From positions 2,176-66,175 of the IMG/VR virus record IMGVR_UViG_2930305612_000002: a stretch of DNA of 64,000 nucleotides, one strand, 5' to 3'. This DNA is from a virus (lineage: Duplodnaviria; Caudoviricetes). The stretch's first letter is position 1; each line of letters starts with the position of its first letter. The notes under the pieces are model-generated. The model was not told the origin of the DNA. It searched no databases and saw nothing but the letters and a program-made list of their open reading frames with translations. A program made the position numbers and the translations under genes. Of this stretch, positions 8,881-19,305 are shown in pieces.

Positions 8881-9420
8881 TCAGGGGGCGACGGCGATCC
8901 ACTGCACCGGAATCGAGGCGCCGGACGACGTAGCAGTGGACACGGGCGCGAAGAGGAACACCGTGAAGCCGGTGGTGGTGATGTTGATGGCGCGTGAGCC
9001 CCAACGGGCCACGGCGCCGTCCGAGCTGTGGATGTTGGTCATGACGCGGGGGGCGGTGCTGAACGCGACCGGGAAGATCACGGCCTGCTGGATCGATGAC
9101 ACCGTCGTCCACGACATGTTGAGAGTCCCGGACTGCTCCGCCCGCGCTACACCAGGGCCCGCGAAGCGCCCGGGGGTCACCCAGTCCCCGGCGCTGGACC
9201 GAAAGAGCGTGATCAGGTCACCCACGGCCGGGGCCTGGTACACCTCCAGGCGGCGCGCGACGATGCTGTCCGCCGTCACCGTTCCGTCGGCGCCCACCGC
9301 ACTGACCACGGCCTGCCGGTAGTCGCCGCCCCGCACCGCCGGAGCAGTGGCACCGACATGCTCAACGTTCCTGCGCAGGGCGCCGGCCAGGGCTCGCGTC
9401 TGGGTGTGAGAGGAGGTCAC
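8881..9420 (-). CDS. Minor tail protein with H-type-lectin-like C-terminus
   Basis: VIFPVAFSTAPRV...ITTTGFTV...VQWIAVA. Confidence 0.75.
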   Translation of the reverse strand: MTSSHTQTRALAGALRRNVEHVGATAPAVRGGDYRQAVVSAVGADGTVTADSIVARRLEVYQAPAVGDLITLFRSSAGDWVTPGRFAGPGVARAEQSGTLNMSWTTVSSIQQAVIFPVAFSTAPRVMTNIHSSDGAVARWGSRAINITTTGFTVFLFAPVSTATSSGASIPVQWIAVAP

Positions 9421-10508
9421 GCGTCCTCCTTCGCGCTGATCGTGGCAATCGGGAATTCGCCGCCCACGTCGAGCGGAACAGTGAAGGACTGCACCTGATG
9501 CAGCTCTTTCAGCCCATCGGGGTGGGTGACGCGCAGGACATCGCCCGGCTCCAAGGCCGGGTTCGGCAGCGAGCTGAAGTCGCCGCTGGCGTTCGGGGCC
9601 TTGGCGGCGATGAGCTGTACGCGTGCCGCCTGTTGACAGAGCCCGACTGTGACCAGCAGCGATGAGCCGTAGAACTTGGGGCGGTGGCCGTAAGGGCCAC
9701 TCCAGTACGTCGGGCTGCCGGAGTCGTCGTCGACCGCCAAGTACTGGACGGGTGCGGCCCCGTCGGCGGCGTTCTCGCCCCTGGCGAGCACCCCGTTGTA
9801 GACGCCATCCGCGCTCATGCCCCGGTTGCCGGAAACGTAGACGCCGCCCTCTTTCGCCTCCACGCCCCACACGGGATCGCTCGTAAGGGGGTCCGGCAGG
9901 GTTGCGATGACGAACGTGCCGTCGGCCGAGCAGTAGCACTCGGCGCCGGCCGCCCCAGCGATCTCCTGGACGGCGGCCCATGGGTCGGCTTCCACATCCC
10001 AGGTGCGGGATCCGATCGAGACGTCCGTGATGGTCGAAACGATCTGGGCGTCCGGCATCGACCGCTGGATCAGCGTGGTGATCGCGCCCACCACGGTGCC
10101 CGTCGACCGGTGCGGGGCCAGCAACTTGTCGTCAGCGACGATGCATTCGAGGCTCTTGCCAGCCAAGGTGACGGGCCCGTCGGCTGGGTCGCCGGCGACG
10201 CTGTCGAGCCTGAAGACGCCGAGAGGAACAAGTTCCTGAGTGCCGTCTCCGTAGTCCACGCCGCGGGAGATCCGTAGACGCGCCCCGTAGATGAGGGCCT
10301 CGTCAGTGGCCGTGCGAGGAATCAGGGAGACGTCGGCGCTGGTGACGGAGCAGGTTCGGCGGATCGCTTGCCCGCGGTCCACAGGGACCGACCCGCCGGT
10401 GTGCTCCAAGGGTCGGACGTTGCCGTCCGTGGTGAAGAGCAGCACCTCCGTTACTGGTGCGTGATCCTCGGCAAGACGGGGCAGGAATCGGGCGCTCACG
10501 GGGTACAC
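9417..10508 (-). CDS. Baseplate hub / DUF5047-like minor tail protein
   Basis: VPLGVFRLD, YNGVLARGE, PNPALEPGDV; position after Dit-like gene. Confidence 0.8.
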   Translation of the reverse strand: MYPVSARFLPRLAEDHAPVTEVLLFTTDGNVRPLEHTGGSVPVDRGQAIRRTCSVTSADVSLIPRTATDEALIYGARLRISRGVDYGDGTQELVPLGVFRLDSVAGDPADGPVTLAGKSLECIVADDKLLAPHRSTGTVVGAITTLIQRSMPDAQIVSTITDVSIGSRTWDVEADPWAAVQEIAGAAGAECYCSADGTFVIATLPDPLTSDPVWGVEAKEGGVYVSGNRGMSADGVYNGVLARGENAADGAAPVQYLAVDDDSGSPTYWSGPYGHRPKFYGSSLLVTVGLCQQAARVQLIAAKAPNASGDFSSLPNPALEPGDVLRVTHPDGLKELHQVQSFTVPLDVGGEFPIATISAKEDA

Positions 10509-10512
10509 GCGC

Positions 10513-12750
10513 TCACTCCATTCGCCGGTCGAGAAGGACGTCTTCCCAGGTCGCATACGTGTCGAGCAGGTCGCCCCACGTGGCGAATTCGGAAAGGATG
10601 TCCTGCCAGGTGCGGCCCGCACTCCCGTTGACGCCTGTCGTAACGGGCAGGTCCGCCTCGGTGAGCGGCAGGGACCAGGACCGCCACGGCTCCATTGCCG
10701 TGCCGTCCGTGCGTGCCTCGGTGATGCCGGCGACGTTGACGTACATGTCGGTGACGCCCATGCCTGGGGCGGCCTGCCACAGCAGTACGTTCCCGGAGTC
10801 CAGCAGCCAGTGCAGGGCGGCCCGCTCGTCGTCCGTGCGGGTCCAGATCGCCAGCTCGCCTTCAAGGCCCTGACGTCGGCCGGACAGGACCACCTTGTTG
10901 CGGCGCGCCTTGACGACGTAGGCGGACTGCTCGATGGGCCGCTGCCAGTCCGGGGCCCGCTGCACCATGACCTGCGCGTTTCTTTGCGGGTTGCCCGGGT
11001 CCTTGAGCCAGGCCAGATTTACGTCGCCAGCCGCGATCGTCACCGAGTCCGACGTGCGGGTACTTTCCAGAGCACCAGTCGCGGGGTCCCGGATCTCAAC
11101 CAGGTACGACACGGGGACACCCAGCGGGGCCTCGTAGTCCTCGATGATGAGGATGTCGGAGGCGATGAGCATTTGGTCCATGAGCCCAGCCGGTCCGCGG
11201 ACCAGGGTGCGCGTTCCGTCCGCCCCGACCCGGTAGACGGTGATCAGGTCGTCGGCGGTCAGCTCGCGCAAGGTGAGCGTGATGGACGCTGAGGAATCGA
11301 CCGCAGCTACCGTGACCAGCGGTAGTGCCACCCACAGGGCCACTTTGTCGACACGCAGCACCGAGTTGGCGGCGGTCGCGGTAAGTGTCCACTCAATGGC
11401 CGCTTGCGTAGCGCCGGCTGGGGCTACGACATCGTTGGACAGGTACCACCAGCCCGACCCGGGCACCGCTGCCACGCCGCTCGCAGTGAGGCCGAGATCA
11501 ACGTCGCCGGCGTCGTACCAGCGGACGCCTCGGCTCGCCGTCCACCCGCCCGCTGTTACCTGCGAGCCCAGCATCACGCGGAAGCCAAGCCCCCCTGAAC
11601 CCGCCTTCAGTGGGAACTTTGCGCTGCGGATCGTCGAGGCAGTGGCGGTCGACGATGTGATGGTCAAGGCGTAGGAGCCGTCGAGCGCATAGGCGCCCCA
11701 CGGCGTGGAGCGGGCCAGAGTCGCCACACCGGCAATTCTCGTCCAGCTGCCGACTCCATGCTCGAAGCTGCTGTCGGTGTACGAGACGACCGTGCCTGCT
11801 TGCAGGGCGTAGGCGACCATGATGACGACGGTTTCCAGGCGCGTCACCTGACCGGCGCTGGCCCCGGTAATGCCCGCAGCGGCAGAGCACGTCGCCGCCA
11901 GAGCAGGCGCTGGTGCTGAGACTCGTTGCCGGTAGAAGCCGGTGCCAGGTGCGGCGAGCGACGAGCGGGTGGCCTGGATCTGGGTGCCGGCCGAGTTGTA
12001 GAAGCGCAGCTCGATCCACGTGTCGGAGGCCGATGTCGGCGGGTTGAGGTAGGCGTAGGCCAGGTATTCGCGGCCGGGGGTGACCGCGGGCCGGTCCACG
12101 CACAGCGCCGACGCGTTGCCAGCCGCGGTGGCTGTGATGGCCAGGGTGTGGCCGCCTCCGAGGTAGTTGTCGACGGACCACGTGACCACCGGCACTTGCC
12201 GGGAGATCGTGGCGTTGGCCTCGGATGCCCACCCTGACGCGTCTATCTCCGTTGTTTCCGTTCCGAATGGCAGGAGGTTGCCAGTCGTGCGGATCGGCAG
12301 GCCGAGGTACACGTTCTCGGCGAAGGTGACGACGTTGGCGGCGGCCGGGGTCGACGAGATGACGACCTGCGCGCGCACCGCACCCACTGGGGCCGTGCCC
12401 GCCACGCTGACCCGGTGCCACGTCGACGAAGCGGTAGTCGTAGTCAGCGACCACAGAATGCTGACCTCGGCGTTCGCTGCATTCAGCCAGCGGATGCCGA
12501 TGCGCTCCGGGACTGTGCCCCCGGCTGCATCGGCGAACGTGTAGTAGACGGTGCCCGCCGTGACCGCATAGGAGGACACGGTGCGGGCCCGCATCTCCCC
12601 CGCCGCCGCGGACTTGATGGACAGGCAGCCGTCACCGTTCCTTCCGCCAGTGCCCTTGCTGATCGTGCAGTTCAGCAGCGGAGTCCAGCCCGACGTGTTC
12701 GGGTCGATGGACTCCGTCACTGCCGACAGGAAGTTCCCGGGGATCGCCAC
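10513..12750 (-). CDS. Distal tail-like protein with three carbohydrate-binding-like repeats
   Basis: Follows tape measure; three similar beta-rich units. Confidence 0.75.
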   Translation of the reverse strand: MAIPGNFLSAVTESIDPNTSGWTPLLNCTISKGTGGRNGDGCLSIKSAAAGEMRARTVSSYAVTAGTVYYTFADAAGGTVPERIGIRWLNAANAEVSILWSLTTTTASSTWHRVSVAGTAPVGAVRAQVVISSTPAAANVVTFAENVYLGLPIRTTGNLLPFGTETTEIDASGWASEANATISRQVPVVTWSVDNYLGGGHTLAITATAAGNASALCVDRPAVTPGREYLAYAYLNPPTSASDTWIELRFYNSAGTQIQATRSSLAAPGTGFYRQRVSAPAPALAATCSAAAGITGASAGQVTRLETVVIMVAYALQAGTVVSYTDSSFEHGVGSWTRIAGVATLARSTPWGAYALDGSYALTITSSTATASTIRSAKFPLKAGSGGLGFRVMLGSQVTAGGWTASRGVRWYDAGDVDLGLTASGVAAVPGSGWWYLSNDVVAPAGATQAAIEWTLTATAANSVLRVDKVALWVALPLVTVAAVDSSASITLTLRELTADDLITVYRVGADGTRTLVRGPAGLMDQMLIASDILIIEDYEAPLGVPVSYLVEIRDPATGALESTRTSDSVTIAAGDVNLAWLKDPGNPQRNAQVMVQRAPDWQRPIEQSAYVVKARRNKVVLSGRRQGLEGELAIWTRTDDERAALHWLLDSGNVLLWQAAPGMGVTDMYVNVAGITEARTDGTAMEPWRSWSLPLTEADLPVTTGVNGSAGRTWQDILSEFATWGDLLDTYATWEDVLLDRRME

Positions 12751-12752
12751 GT

Positions 12753-15700
12753 CTACATCCCCCCGCCTGCGTTGAGGACCTGGATCAGTTCGCCGTTGGC
12801 CTTGTGCACCTCAGTGCGCGCGATGTGGGTGAGCTCCTCGTTGCCGACGAAGACCTTCACCGACAGGTCGCCTAGGCTGCGCGATGCCGCCATGCCTGTC
12901 AGGGCGTTGGCCTGCTGCGACGTAAAAACCGGCTCGGGCCGCCCTGTGCCGTTGTAGGCAAGGTTGAGCCCGGGCTGGAGGTAGCCGCCGGAGTCGTACT
13001 TGCCGGGCATGAAGCCGTACCGGTGGGTGAACATCGGCGCGGTTGCTGGCCGTGCGCGGGAGCCGACGACGACGCCGTCTCCGCCTCGGCTCTCCACGTT
13101 GACCTTGTTGATCGTGCCCGCGGTGTGGCCAACGCCGGCGTTGGTGATGCCGATCTGGTACGGCGACTTGCCGTTGAGGACCCAGCCACCAGGGGCCGTC
13201 TTCCCGGCGAAGGCGCCAGTGGCCCACCTGCGGTGCGGCTTCTGGCCGCGGATGACGGACTCGATCGCCGACAGGAAACCGCTGCAGTCCCAGCTGGGGT
13301 TGCCGTTGCCGCCCCACTGGTAGGGCTTGCCGTTCTGCGTGCGGGCCCACTTGAGGCCTGCCTGCATCCGAGGGCCGCCGATCCCGCCGGCTCCCTTCTT
13401 GTCGGCCTTCTCGCTGTACCCGAAGATCGAGTCGAGGATCTTCTTGGGGATGCGGCGGATCATCTTGCCGAAGTCGCCACCGGCTCCGGGGAAGGCGTTC
13501 ATCAGTGGGTTGACGACGCTGTTCAGGCCCGCGCGCGCGGATGCCTCCACGGTGTCCGCCAGCCACGACGCACCCTTCTTGACGCCGTCCCACGCCTTCG
13601 AGCCCACCCCCTTCACGGTCTTGCCGATCCAGCCGAAGATGCCACCGTCGGCATACTTCTGTGTGGTCGGGTTGCCTCCGAGTGCGGGCGCGAGTGCAGC
13701 CTTGACGCCGGTGGCGCCGCGGCTGCTTGCGATCCGGTTCATGGTGGAGACAAAGCCCGAGCCGACCGCGCGGGTGAACTCGGGCCGCATGATGGCCTCG
13801 CCACCGGACAGTTCCAGGCCGCCACCGGTGGGGCTGTAGAACTTGTGGACGTCCTTGCCGGGGGTGTAGCCGGGCAGGACACCGCCGGTGGCCCATCCCT
13901 TGATGTTCATGGGCTTGATCTCGGGGGCGCCAAATGCGCTGGCCACCTTGTTCCAGGTGGGCACGATGCCGTTGTTGTAGATCTTGTCGATGATGAAGCG
14001 GACGGGCTTCTTGGCGATGTCCCGGACCCTGTCCCACGCCTTGCCGATGAAATCCTTCGCGTCCTCGAAGGAGTCGCCGACGGCTTTGACGCCCTTCTTG
14101 ATCATGTCGAAGGAGGGCTTGAGGGACTTGTCCCACAGGGCCTTGGCCTTGTCGCCGATCCACCCGAAGACCGGCTTCGCGTAGTCGTTCCACAGCTCCT
14201 TGATCTTGTCGCCGACGAGCTTCATTCCGATTTTGAACGCGTCCCAGGCAGGCTTGATCTTCTCGGTCCAGAGCCAGGCAGCCTTCTCGCCGATCCAGGT
14301 GAAGATCGGTTTGACGTAGGTGTTCCACAGCTCCTTGACTTTGTCTGCGACGAGGCCGATGCCGATCTTCAGTCGGTCCCACGCGGGCTTGATCTTCTCC
14401 TGCCAGAGCCAAACCGCCTTGTCGCCGATCCAGCCGAAAATCGGACCCAGGACGTTGTCCCACAGCCAAGTCGCGATGGCGGCCATAGCCTTGAAGGCGA
14501 GCACGTAGGGCAGGACCAGCAGGGTCACGATGATCGTGATGAGGATCTTCGCGGCGGTGCCGATGAAGCTGAACACGGGCGACAGCACCGTGTTCCACAG
14601 CCACATGGCTACGTCGGCGATGACGCGGAAGGCGGCTGCGAAGGCGTCGAAGATGGGCTTGAGGACGTTGGTCCAGGCCCACATCGCCGCCGTCTGGATC
14701 GCCGACCAGACTGCGTTGACGAAGTCGCGGAACCAGCCGAAGTTCTTGTACGCATAGATCACCGCGGCGACAAGCGCGAGGACCGCGAGGACGATCAGCA
14801 CGACCGGGTTCGCGCTCATGACGACGTTGAAAATGATCATTGCGAGGGTCCAGAGCTTCGTCGCAATCCACGCCAGATAGAGCAGCTGGATAAGCCACGG
14901 CAAGGTCTCGACTATGGATCCAACTACTCGCGCGACAGCAGCCAGCGCGAGGTAAGTAATGGTGGCAACCGGGGCAAGCGCCTGCGCCAGCCGCAGAACG
15001 GCGCCAAGCATGTCCCGCAGCGCGCTAGCGACCACCGGGCCCATCTCTGCCGAGTAGGAAAGGAACCTCTCGAACTCCGGGGACCCCTTCAGGCCGGTCG
15101 CCCAATCCGCGAACCGGCCAGTGAGCCGCTGCATGATCCACGAGATCGAGCTCATGTGCGGCAGGAAGGCGCCCACGATGCCGGCCATGCCCTTGAAGAT
15201 GCGCCCGAAGGAGATGCCGAGCCCTTCAATGGCCGGCTGTACCGAACCGGCCAGATCCGACTTGAACGCCTTCCACCACGGCGACTTGAAGCCCGCGCTC
15301 ACCCGGTCCTGCAGATTCCCGATGGCTTTGGCCGCGGCCAGCACGAACGGGGTCAAGCCCGGGAGACTGTTCTTGATGCCCTCCAGTGCCCGCGTGAAGA
15401 TCGGCATTACGGCGGGCTGCAGCGACTTCGACCATTCACCGAAGGCGCTCTTCAGTGACACGAAGGCGTTGAACGTCTGCCTCGCGGCCGGCGTCAGCTT
15501 CGCCAACGCGGCCAGGTACTTCTCCTGTGCGACGGCAGCCTGATCAATGCCCCCGGCCGCAGTCGTGGCCGCCGACTGCTGGGCGGAGGCGATCTGACGC
15601 TGTGCCGAGGCGATCGAGTCGGCCGCGGACTGCTGGGCCGCCACCAGGCTCTCCTGCGCGCGGACCACCGAGCGGGCCCCGTCCTCCTGGACGCGGGTGA

Positions 15701-17342
15701 CGTTGCGCTGCGACTCGGCTACCTTCTCCTGCGCCGTCGCGATGTCCTGCTGGTTCTCGATCTGCTGACGCGCCGCCTCGGACCGCGCCTTGCCGAGCGC
15801 CTTCTGCTGCTCGCCGACATTGCGCTCAGCGTCAGCAATCCGCTCCTGAGCGGCCTTGACCGTGTCGGAGCCCTCGACGCCCGCCTTGTCCGCGGCAGCT
15901 TTCTCGGCCTTCAGGTTCTTCGTCTCGGCCTGCTGCTCCTTGAGCCGCTGCACCGCCTGGTCGTAGCCGAGCTGGGCGCGCAGCCGCTCCACCGCAGAGG
16001 CCTTCGAGCCGACAGCGTTGACCTTCTGGAGGCGGTCCTGCGCCTCCTGCACCGACAGGACAGCGTCACGCTCGGAGAGCTGGGCGTTGGCGAGCCGGTC
16101 CCCAAGCTCAGCCAGCTCCAGGGCCGCATCCTTGCGGGCCTGCGTCAAATCCTGCTGAGCCTGACGGGCAGAGCGCTGAGCATCCGCAAGGGAATCCTCT
16201 GCCTGCGTGACGCGTTCGGCTGCATCCCGCTGCCGGTCCGCGGCCTGCTGCACCGCGTCGGCCAGTGACCGACGCGCCTCCTTGACCTGGCTGGACGCCT
16301 GCACGTTTGCCTCGGCCGCCGAACGCACCGCGTCCGTGACGGCCTGCTCGGCCTGTCCGATCTGGCGCGCCGCGTTGCGGTGCGCCGACGCAAGGGCTTG
16401 CTGGGCCCCAGCCATCTGCAGAGCCTTCGAGGCTCCCTGGCTGGCCGACTGGCCGCCTCGGGTCGTCGCCGTCGAGGCGGCTTCCTGCGCGGCCTTCTGT
16501 GCCTGCAGGGCTCCGGCAATGCCCACGAAGGCGGGGATGGCGACGGCAGCGAGCGCGCCAACGCCGGCCCCGGCCGCAACAGCGGCTGAGGCGATGGAGC
16601 CGATTCCCGCTGCGAGGATGGGGATGGCGGGGATGAGAGCCAGGCCGCCGATCGCGACGGCGAGGTGAAGGACCGCGCCGAGGGCCCCAGAGGTGTCAAC
16701 GTCGATGCGGGCACGCTTGCCGTCGACCGCGTCGATCGCAGCGCGCACGGCCATGAGTTCGGCGCGGGCTGCTGCCGTGTCGGCCCGTACCTGCACGTTC
16801 GGGTGTTTCGCGCCGAGTCGGGTCAGCTCGGCTTCGATGAGCTTGATCTCAGCCTTGGCGGCCCCCGCGTCGATGTCGATACCGATGCGCTTGCTCGCCA
16901 GGGTCTCCATACGGACCCGCAGGGCCTGCAGGTCCGCGTCGGCCTCGGACGTGTTCGCGTCGATGTTGATTTTCGGGAGCGACCGGAACGCCGCTTCGAG
17001 CCTCGTCTTCAGGGCGCGGGAGAAGGCGCCGCCCGTCTGGTCGCCCTGACGGACGGCAGACGCACGAGCCTGCGTACCCCCCTGGGTGATGCCGTCACGC
17101 ATGGCGTCACGGATCGCAGCCGTGATGCGGGAGGCGATCTGCTGGCCGATCTGCTGGCCAATGGACAGGCCCAGACCGCCCACTTCGGACTGCATCGCAG
17201 GACCGAAGGAGCGGCCGGCGGCACTGCCTGCGTCCTCGCCGGCCCGCGTCGCGGCCGGTACGAGAGCACCACGCAGCCGCTGGTAAATCCCCTGGGTGTT
17301 GGGGATGACGTCGACCTCGACCGAACCGACAGTGATCGCCAC
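12753..17342 (-). CDS. Tape measure protein with C-terminal NlpC/P60-like domain
   Basis: 1529 aa, Ala/Gln coiled coils, Trp-periodic repeats, GKPYQWGG...WDCSGFLS...GHTAG. Confidence 0.95.
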   Translation of the reverse strand: MAITVGSVEVDVIPNTQGIYQRLRGALVPAATRAGEDAGSAAGRSFGPAMQSEVGGLGLSIGQQIGQQIASRITAAIRDAMRDGITQGGTQARASAVRQGDQTGGAFSRALKTRLEAAFRSLPKINIDANTSEADADLQALRVRMETLASKRIGIDIDAGAAKAEIKLIEAELTRLGAKHPNVQVRADTAAARAELMAVRAAIDAVDGKRARIDVDTSGALGAVLHLAVAIGGLALIPAIPILAAGIGSIASAAVAAGAGVGALAAVAIPAFVGIAGALQAQKAAQEAASTATTRGGQSASQGASKALQMAGAQQALASAHRNAARQIGQAEQAVTDAVRSAAEANVQASSQVKEARRSLADAVQQAADRQRDAAERVTQAEDSLADAQRSARQAQQDLTQARKDAALELAELGDRLANAQLSERDAVLSVQEAQDRLQKVNAVGSKASAVERLRAQLGYDQAVQRLKEQQAETKNLKAEKAAADKAGVEGSDTVKAAQERIADAERNVGEQQKALGKARSEAARQQIENQQDIATAQEKVAESQRNVTRVQEDGARSVVRAQESLVAAQQSAADSIASAQRQIASAQQSAATTAAGGIDQAAVAQEKYLAALAKLTPAARQTFNAFVSLKSAFGEWSKSLQPAVMPIFTRALEGIKNSLPGLTPFVLAAAKAIGNLQDRVSAGFKSPWWKAFKSDLAGSVQPAIEGLGISFGRIFKGMAGIVGAFLPHMSSISWIMQRLTGRFADWATGLKGSPEFERFLSYSAEMGPVVASALRDMLGAVLRLAQALAPVATITYLALAAVARVVGSIVETLPWLIQLLYLAWIATKLWTLAMIIFNVVMSANPVVLIVLAVLALVAAVIYAYKNFGWFRDFVNAVWSAIQTAAMWAWTNVLKPIFDAFAAAFRVIADVAMWLWNTVLSPVFSFIGTAAKILITIIVTLLVLPYVLAFKAMAAIATWLWDNVLGPIFGWIGDKAVWLWQEKIKPAWDRLKIGIGLVADKVKELWNTYVKPIFTWIGEKAAWLWTEKIKPAWDAFKIGMKLVGDKIKELWNDYAKPVFGWIGDKAKALWDKSLKPSFDMIKKGVKAVGDSFEDAKDFIGKAWDRVRDIAKKPVRFIIDKIYNNGIVPTWNKVASAFGAPEIKPMNIKGWATGGVLPGYTPGKDVHKFYSPTGGGLELSGGEAIMRPEFTRAVGSGFVSTMNRIASSRGATGVKAALAPALGGNPTTQKYADGGIFGWIGKTVKGVGSKAWDGVKKGASWLADTVEASARAGLNSVVNPLMNAFPGAGGDFGKMIRRIPKKILDSIFGYSEKADKKGAGGIGGPRMQAGLKWARTQNGKPYQWGGNGNPSWDCSGFLSAIESVIRGQKPHRRWATGAFAGKTAPGGWVLNGKSPYQIGITNAGVGHTAGTINKVNVESRGGDGVVVGSRARPATAPMFTHRYGFMPGKYDSGGYLQPGLNLAYNGTGRPEPVFTSQQANALTGMAASRSLGDLSVKVFVGNEELTHIARTEVHKANGELIQVLNAGGGM

Positions 17343-17361
17343 GGGAGCCTCCTCCCGCGCG

Positions 17362-17820
17362 TCAGGCCGCGCCGCCGTTGATCAGTTCGAAGAGGACTTT
17401 GGCGCCGCGCTCCGACAGCTCCTCGCGCTTCTTGCCGCCACCGACACCCGGCCGCCGCATCGGCTCCGGACGCTTGGGCTTGCGGCCCTTACCGTCGGAA
17501 TTGGCGACGACGAGGATGTACTCCAGCTGGTGCAGCGAGTCCGTGATGCCTGCCAGCAACTGCTCCGCCATCGACCAGCGGCCCTTCTCCGGCTCCCCGC
17601 CGCGCGCCTGCTGCTCGTACTCCTCAGCTGTCATCTCGTTCCGGAGCGCGGTCATCGTCGCGGACTCAGGCGGCAAGTTCTGGATCAGGACTCGCACTTG
17701 CCGCCACGTCATGTCCCCGCGGTGCGCGTCCAGGAGATCGCGCTGGTAGTAGCGCCAGAGGTCAGCTTCTACCGCCTCCGCGTGGTCCTCGACGACGCCC
17801 TGGGTCCACCGGACTTTCCC
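17362..17820 (-). CDS. Tail assembly chaperone, -1 frameshift (T) extension
   Basis: -1 frame is open from GGGAAAG (17814-17820) into ORF 17362..17712. Confidence 0.85.
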   Translation of the reverse strand, partial: GKVRWTQGVVEDHAEAVEADLWRYYQRDLLDAHRGDMTWRQVRVLIQNLPPESATMTALRNEMTAEEYEQQARGGEPEKGRWSMAEQLLAGITDSLHQLEYILVVANSDGKGRKPKRPEPMRRPGVGGGKKREELSERGAKVLFELINGGAA

Positions 17821-18161
17821 AGGCTCTCCCCGGCCGCCTCACTGGCCTCCTCCATGAAGGCGTTGATCTCCTCGTTCGTCGGGTCCAGTTCGAGGTACAG
17901 GTCGTAGGAGTCGGGGCTGAGGACGTCCTCCATGAAGCCGTCCATGTCGCCAGCCTTCAGCTTGCGCATCGACGACTGGCGCCACGCGCCCGACGGGACG
18001 ATCTCAACCTCCGAGCCGCACAGCTGCGCTGATACGTAGTGACCGGTGGCCTCGATCTCCTGCGCCTCGGCGGCACTGACCTTCTCGGCGGGTGCGGTCG
18101 AGCGTGCAGGGCGGGTCTTCGGGGTCGTGCGGGTCGTGCTCACAGTTCGGTTCGCGGCCAT
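17769..18161 (-). CDS. Tail assembly chaperone (G)
   Basis: Between tail tube and tape measure genes; slippery site near 3' end. Confidence 0.85.
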   Translation of the reverse strand: MAANRTVSTTRTTPKTRPARSTAPAEKVSAAEAQEIEATGHYVSAQLCGSEVEIVPSGAWRQSSMRKLKAGDMDGFMEDVLSPDSYDLYLELDPTNEEINAFMEEASEAAGESLGKSGGPRASSRTTRRR

Positions 18162-18252
18162 GGGCGCGGGCCTCCTCAATTACGGCGCGGGCAGGGATGG
18201 TGAAGGGTGGGCGGGTCGGGCCCGCGCCAGCAGAAAGACCCGCCCACCCAGC

Positions 18253-18855
18253 TCAGGACGCCGGGTCAGCAGGCGTCAGCGGCAGCTTGTCGACGTGGTA
18301 GACGGTGTTGCCCGCCGCGTCCGGGTAGGTCGTGATCGTCCACTCGAAGGCGCTGATCTCGTCCTGCTTATACGTGACGTCGGAGCGCTCGCTGATCTCG
18401 CCCTGGGGAACGTAGAAGCCCCTCGCGTTGTCGCCGTCAAGGACGATGAACCAGAACGCGCGGCGGTCCGGGGTCGGGCTCGCGGTCTCGGCGAACTTAG
18501 TGATGCCGCTGCCGTCGGGTACCAGGTCGGCCTCGTCAAGGCGGTAGTGGAGGCTCATGACGGGGACACGGGAGGTCTCCCACATCGTCGCCTGGAACGT
18601 CCTCACGGACTTGGTGATCTGGGTGCGGAACGGGGAGGTCAGACCCCACGGGGTGAACTCCTGCGAGTCCTCATCCCAGCCGTTGACGAGACCGTCGTCG
18701 GAGATCGCACCGAGCGCAGCCCACGGATCCGTGGGCTGCGTCAGGGGCGACGCGAGCGCGGGAGTCCCGACGGGGCTCACCCAGCCGCCTCCGTTGGCGC
18801 CGACCATCGTGAGATCGCTGGCGCGGGTGATGTTGACCATGATGTCTCCAGACAT
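18253..18855 (-). CDS. Major tail (tube) protein
   Basis: WAALGAISDDG, FEWTITTYPD; start may be 18840. Confidence 0.9.
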   Translation of the reverse strand: MSGDIMVNITRASDLTMVGANGGGWVSPVGTPALASPLTQPTDPWAALGAISDDGLVNGWDEDSQEFTPWGLTSPFRTQITKSVRTFQATMWETSRVPVMSLHYRLDEADLVPDGSGITKFAETASPTPDRRAFWFIVLDGDNARGFYVPQGEISERSDVTYKQDEISAFEWTITTYPDAAGNTVYHVDKLPLTPADPAS

Positions 18856-18906
18856 GGAAGAGCCCGCGCACGGGCGGGTTGAGGGCGCTGGCGCGAGCCC
18901 AACCGG

Positions 18907-19305
18907 TCAGTCGACCGGGTGACTGTGGATCTCGTAGGTGCCGCCGACTCTGCGGAGGGCGGTGTTCTCGTAGGGGCGGGCAGCGGGGCGGCTGATAGTG
19001 CCGGTTCGGCCGACCACCGCGGTGGTCGTGGTCGAGCCGCGCAGCTCGGTCAGCACGGCGCCGTGGATGACGGCAGCCAGCGCGATGGCATCCGCACGCG
19101 TGGCGGCGTACACGTCGATGTCGACGAGAGCCCGGTCCAGGCGGAAACCGTCGTCATCACCGCCGACGACGTTGACCTGCACAGTAGGCAGCTCGTTGGC
19201 GAGGTTGTTGTCGAGCTCGGCGCGCACCACCACGGCGGCGCCGAGCCGGGATTGCAGCCAGCCCAGAAGAAGCAGCTCCACGTCGACGGATCCGACGGCC
19301 GCCAT
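18907..19305 (-). CDS. Tail terminator
   Basis: Size, position, VDIDVYAATRADA. Confidence 0.8.
   Translation of the reverse strand: MAAVGSVDVELLLLGWLQSRLGAAVVVRAELDNNLANELPTVQVNVVGGDDDGFRLDRALVDIDVYAATRADAIALAAVIHGAVLTELRGSTTTTAVVGRTGTISRPAARPYENTALRRVGGTYEIHSHPVD

Noticed and set aside
8269-12750. Diversity-generating retroelement or invertible tail-fibre cassette
   Set aside because: No reverse transcriptase, template/variable repeat pair or flanking inverted sites noticed
13023-15458. 811-aa + strand ORF and the 695-aa alternate-frame ORF 12811..14898
   Set aside because: Shadows of the tape measure gene caused by high GC3; no recognisable motifs
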